From Torpedo marmorata (Eukaryota), in contig OZ360222.1 of NCBI GenBank assembly GCA_977017645.1, positions 133,672,001 through 133,736,000 on the forward strand: a stretch of DNA of 64,000 bases, read 5' to 3'. The notes beneath the pieces are model-generated. The model had not been told where the DNA came from, made no database searches, and saw nothing but the letters and a program-made list of their open reading frames with translations. Made by a program: the position numbers and the translations under genes. This document shows positions 60,804 through 64,000 of this stretch, piece after piece; positions within the stretch are counted from its first letter, which is position 1; every line of letters starts with the position of its first letter.

Positions 60804-63800
60804 ACACAAGATCACAAGATAAAGGAACAGAAGTAGGCCATTCGGCCCATCGAGTCTGTTCCGCAACTCCACCCTGAGTTAAACTGTTCTCACATCTAAT
60901 TCCAATTTCTGGCCTTTTCCCAATATCCCTTGATATCCTGACCATTCAGATACCTATCAATCTCCTCCTTAAAATCCCCCAAAGATCAGGCCTCCACAGC
61001 TGTATGTGGCAACGAATTCCACAAATCCACGACCCTCTGGCAAAAGAAATTCCTTTTCATCTCTGTTCTAAATGGGTACCCTCTAATTCTAAGACTGTGC
61101 CCTCTTGTCCTGGATTCACCCACCAAGGGAAACATCTTATTTCCATCTACTCTGTCCAATCCTTTCAGTATTTGAAATGTTTCTATGAGATCTCCTCTCA
61201 TTCTTCTATACTCCAAAGAATATAGACTGAGCTGCTAAACGTTCCTCATATGTTAGCCCTTGCATTCCAGGAATCATCCTGGTATATCTTCTCTGTACTC
61301 TCTCCAACATTATTACATCCCTTCTAAGATAAGGGGCCCAGAACTGCACACAGTACTCCAAATGAGGTCTCACCAGTGCCCCATAAAGCCTCATCAACAC
61401 CTCTTTACTCTTATACACTATTCCTCTTGAAATGAATGCCAACATAGCATTCGCTTTCTTTACTGCCGATCCAACCTGGTGGTTAACCTTTAGGTTATCC
61501 TGCACGAGGACCCCCAAGTCCCTTTGCACTTCTGAATTTTGAATTTTCTCCCCATCCAAATAATAATCTGCCTGTTTATTTCCTCTTCCAAAATGTACAA
61601 CCGTGCATTTCTCAACATTATATCTCATCTGCCATTTCTTTGCCCACTCTCCTAAGCTGTCCAGGTCTCTCTGCAACCTTTCGATTTCTTCAACACTTCC
61701 TACCCCACCACCTATCTTGGTGTCATCTGCAAACTTAGCCACAAAACCATTCAATCCGTAATCTAAATCATCTATATACATTGTAAAAAGAAGCGGCCCC
61801 AACACCGACCCTTGTGGAACACCACTAGTAACCAGCAACCAACCAGAACAGGATCCCTTTATTCCCACCCTTTGCTTCCTGCCTATCAGCCAATGCTCCA
61901 CCCAATCTAATATCTTTCCTGTAATTCCATGAGCTCTCATCTTATTAAGCAGCCTCTTATGCGGCACCTTATCAAAGGCCTTTTGAAAATCCAAATACAC
62001 GACATCCACAGCCTCTCCCTTGTCCATCCTACCTGAGATTACCTCAAAAAATTCCAATAGGTTGGTCAGGCAGGATCTTCCCTTCATGAAACCATGCTGG
62101 CTTGGACCTATCATGTCATTCACCTCGAGGTATTTCATAACCTCATCCTTGAGCATCGACTATAAAATCTTACCAACTACTGATGTCAGACTAATAGTCC
62201 TACAATTTCCTTTTTTCTGCCTCCCTCCTTTCTTAAACAGCAGAACTACATTTGCAACCTTCCAATCCTCCGGAACCATGCCGGAGTCTATTGATTTCTG
62301 AAAAATCATTTCCAATGCCTCCACAATCTCCAAAGCCACCTCCTTCAGAACCCGTGGGTGCACCTCATCCGGTCCGGGAGACTTATCTATCTTTAGTCCA
62401 TTCAGCTTATCAAGCACTATCTCCCTAGTAATCCTAACTGTACTTAATTCTATTCCCTGAGACCTCTATCAGGTATAGTCCTATTGTCTTCCTCGGTGAA
62501 GGTTGATGCAAAATACTCATTTAGTTCCTCTCCCATCTCTTGGTTACCGATTATAATTCCTCCAGCATCATTTTCAATCGGTCTTATATCTACCTGTGTC
62601 GCTCTCTTACTCTTTATATATTTTTTAAAAACTCAGTATCCTTTTGTATGTTATTTGCCAACTTCCTTTCATAATTCATCTTTTCTTTCCTAATGACTTT
62701 CTTTGTCTCTTTCTGTAAGTTTTTAAGTTTCCCAGTCCTCTGTTTTTCCACTAGTTTTTGCTTCTTTGTATGCCCTTCCTTTTGCTTTTATTTTAGCCTT
62801 AACCTCTCTAGTTATCCACATTTGTGCCATTTTTCCATTCATAATTTTCTTTTTTCTTGGAATATATTTATCCTGCACTTTCTTTATTTCTTGTAGAAAT
62901 ATCATCCAATTCTCCATCTAGCTTACTTTTCCAGTCAACCTGGGCCAGTTCTTCTCTCATACTACTGTAATTTCCTTTGTTCCACTGAAATATTGACACA
63001 CCTGATCCCTTTTCAAATTTAAAACTGAACTCAATCATATTATGATCACTACTTCCTAAGGGTTCCAATACCTTTAATTCCCTAATCACCTCAGGTTCAT
63101 TACACATCACCCAATCCAAAACCGCCGATCCCCTGGTGGGATTATCGACAAGCTGTTCCAAAAAGCCATCCCTTAGGCATTCTACAAACTCTCTCCTGCG
63201 ATCCAGTACCTTCCTGATTTTCCCAATCTCCTTTCATGTTAAAATGTTTAGTGTGTCCTTACCGCGAGTGTGTTTAAGATGGCGGCGCTTAGATTGCGAC
63301 GGCTTCTTGGCGGGTAAGCGGTTTGGACCTGGCTGTTTGTTTTGTCTGGCGCCCTTGCCTGCTGGGGATGGCGGCGCCTTAATTTGCAGCGGCTTCCTCG
63401 ACAGGTTGAGTGGTGGGCAGGGGCTGTTTTGGTTAGTTTTGTTTTGTTTATCAGCAGGCATTGTCTTGGCCTTGTCTCGTGTTTTATGGGCACTGTCCGG
63501 GGAAACTCAATTTCGTTTTACTCTATGTAAGTAGTGTAAAATGACAATAAATGATTCTGATTCTGATCCCCCAGAATTATTTTGACATTTTCCTTCTGAC
63601 ACGCTTTTTTTATTTCCATCTGTGACTCATAGTCCACTTCCCGGCTGCTGTTTGAGAGCCTGTATATAACTGCTAATAGGGTTCTTTTACCCGAGCCATT
63701 TCTTAACTCAACCCATAAGGATTCTACCACTTCTGACCCTATGTCCCTCCTTTCTAGTGATTTAATACCATTGCTTACCATCAGGGCCACGCCACCCCCT

Positions 63801-64000
63801 CTACCTACCTGTCTATCTTTCCTATATACTGTGTACCCTTGGACATTCAGCTCCCAATCACATCCATCATTAAGCAATGTCTCGGTGATGGCCACAATGT
63901 CATAATTTTTAATCTGTAGCTGCACAACAAGGTCATCTACTTTATTTCTAATGCTCCGTGCATTTAAGTACAGCACACTTAGACCAGTATCTGTCAACGA
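60804..64000 (-). mobile_element. CR1 LINE ORF2 (endonuclease and RT), runs off the window edge
   Basis: YLNARS, AITET, SDH, KSPGPD, YLDFQKAFD, KFADD; tail CACAAGATCACAAGAT on + strand. Confidence 0.95.
63245..63566 (+). mobile_element. Short GC-rich retroposon with YY1 motifs and (ATTCTG)n tail, inserted in the CR1
   Basis: Interrupts the ILGD/FNMK codons; AAGATGGCGGC at 63276-63286; ends GACAATAAATGATTCTGATTCTG. Confidence 0.8.

Overview
This is vertebrate genomic DNA, most likely a cartilaginous fish (inferred from the HE1-type V-SINEs, CR1, Rex1 and Penelope repeats). Bases 248-42032 (+) hold 23 coding exons of jagged-1 (JAG1), matching human exons 4-26. All introns are GT-AG, and the spliced frame is open for 3212 nt: DSL domain, 16 EGF repeats, Cys-rich region, TM segment and a MEYIV PDZ-binding tail. 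A 3'UTR rich in miRNA seeds runs to a poly(A) signal at 43569. Introns and downstream DNA are dense with retroelements (L1, CR1, Rex1-Babar, Neptune-type Penelope-like elements, a BEL/Pao relic, SINEs, MITEs), many nested with readable target-site duplications (TSDs). The most interesting signals are: (1) a minimal hammerhead-ribozyme motif in the Penelope-like 3' end, plus small palindromic or inverted derivatives, one with a breakpoint next to the predicted cleavage site; (2) a GC-rich non-coding retroposon family with a YY1 motif at its head and a Rex1-like tail; (3) a clear twin-primed L1 inversion inside a BEL/Pao relic; (4) a CpG-rich, possibly bidirectional promoter about 2 kb past JAG1, split by a young CR1. 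All calls were made by eye; family names and human comparisons are from recall, and repeat boundaries without a TSD are approximate.
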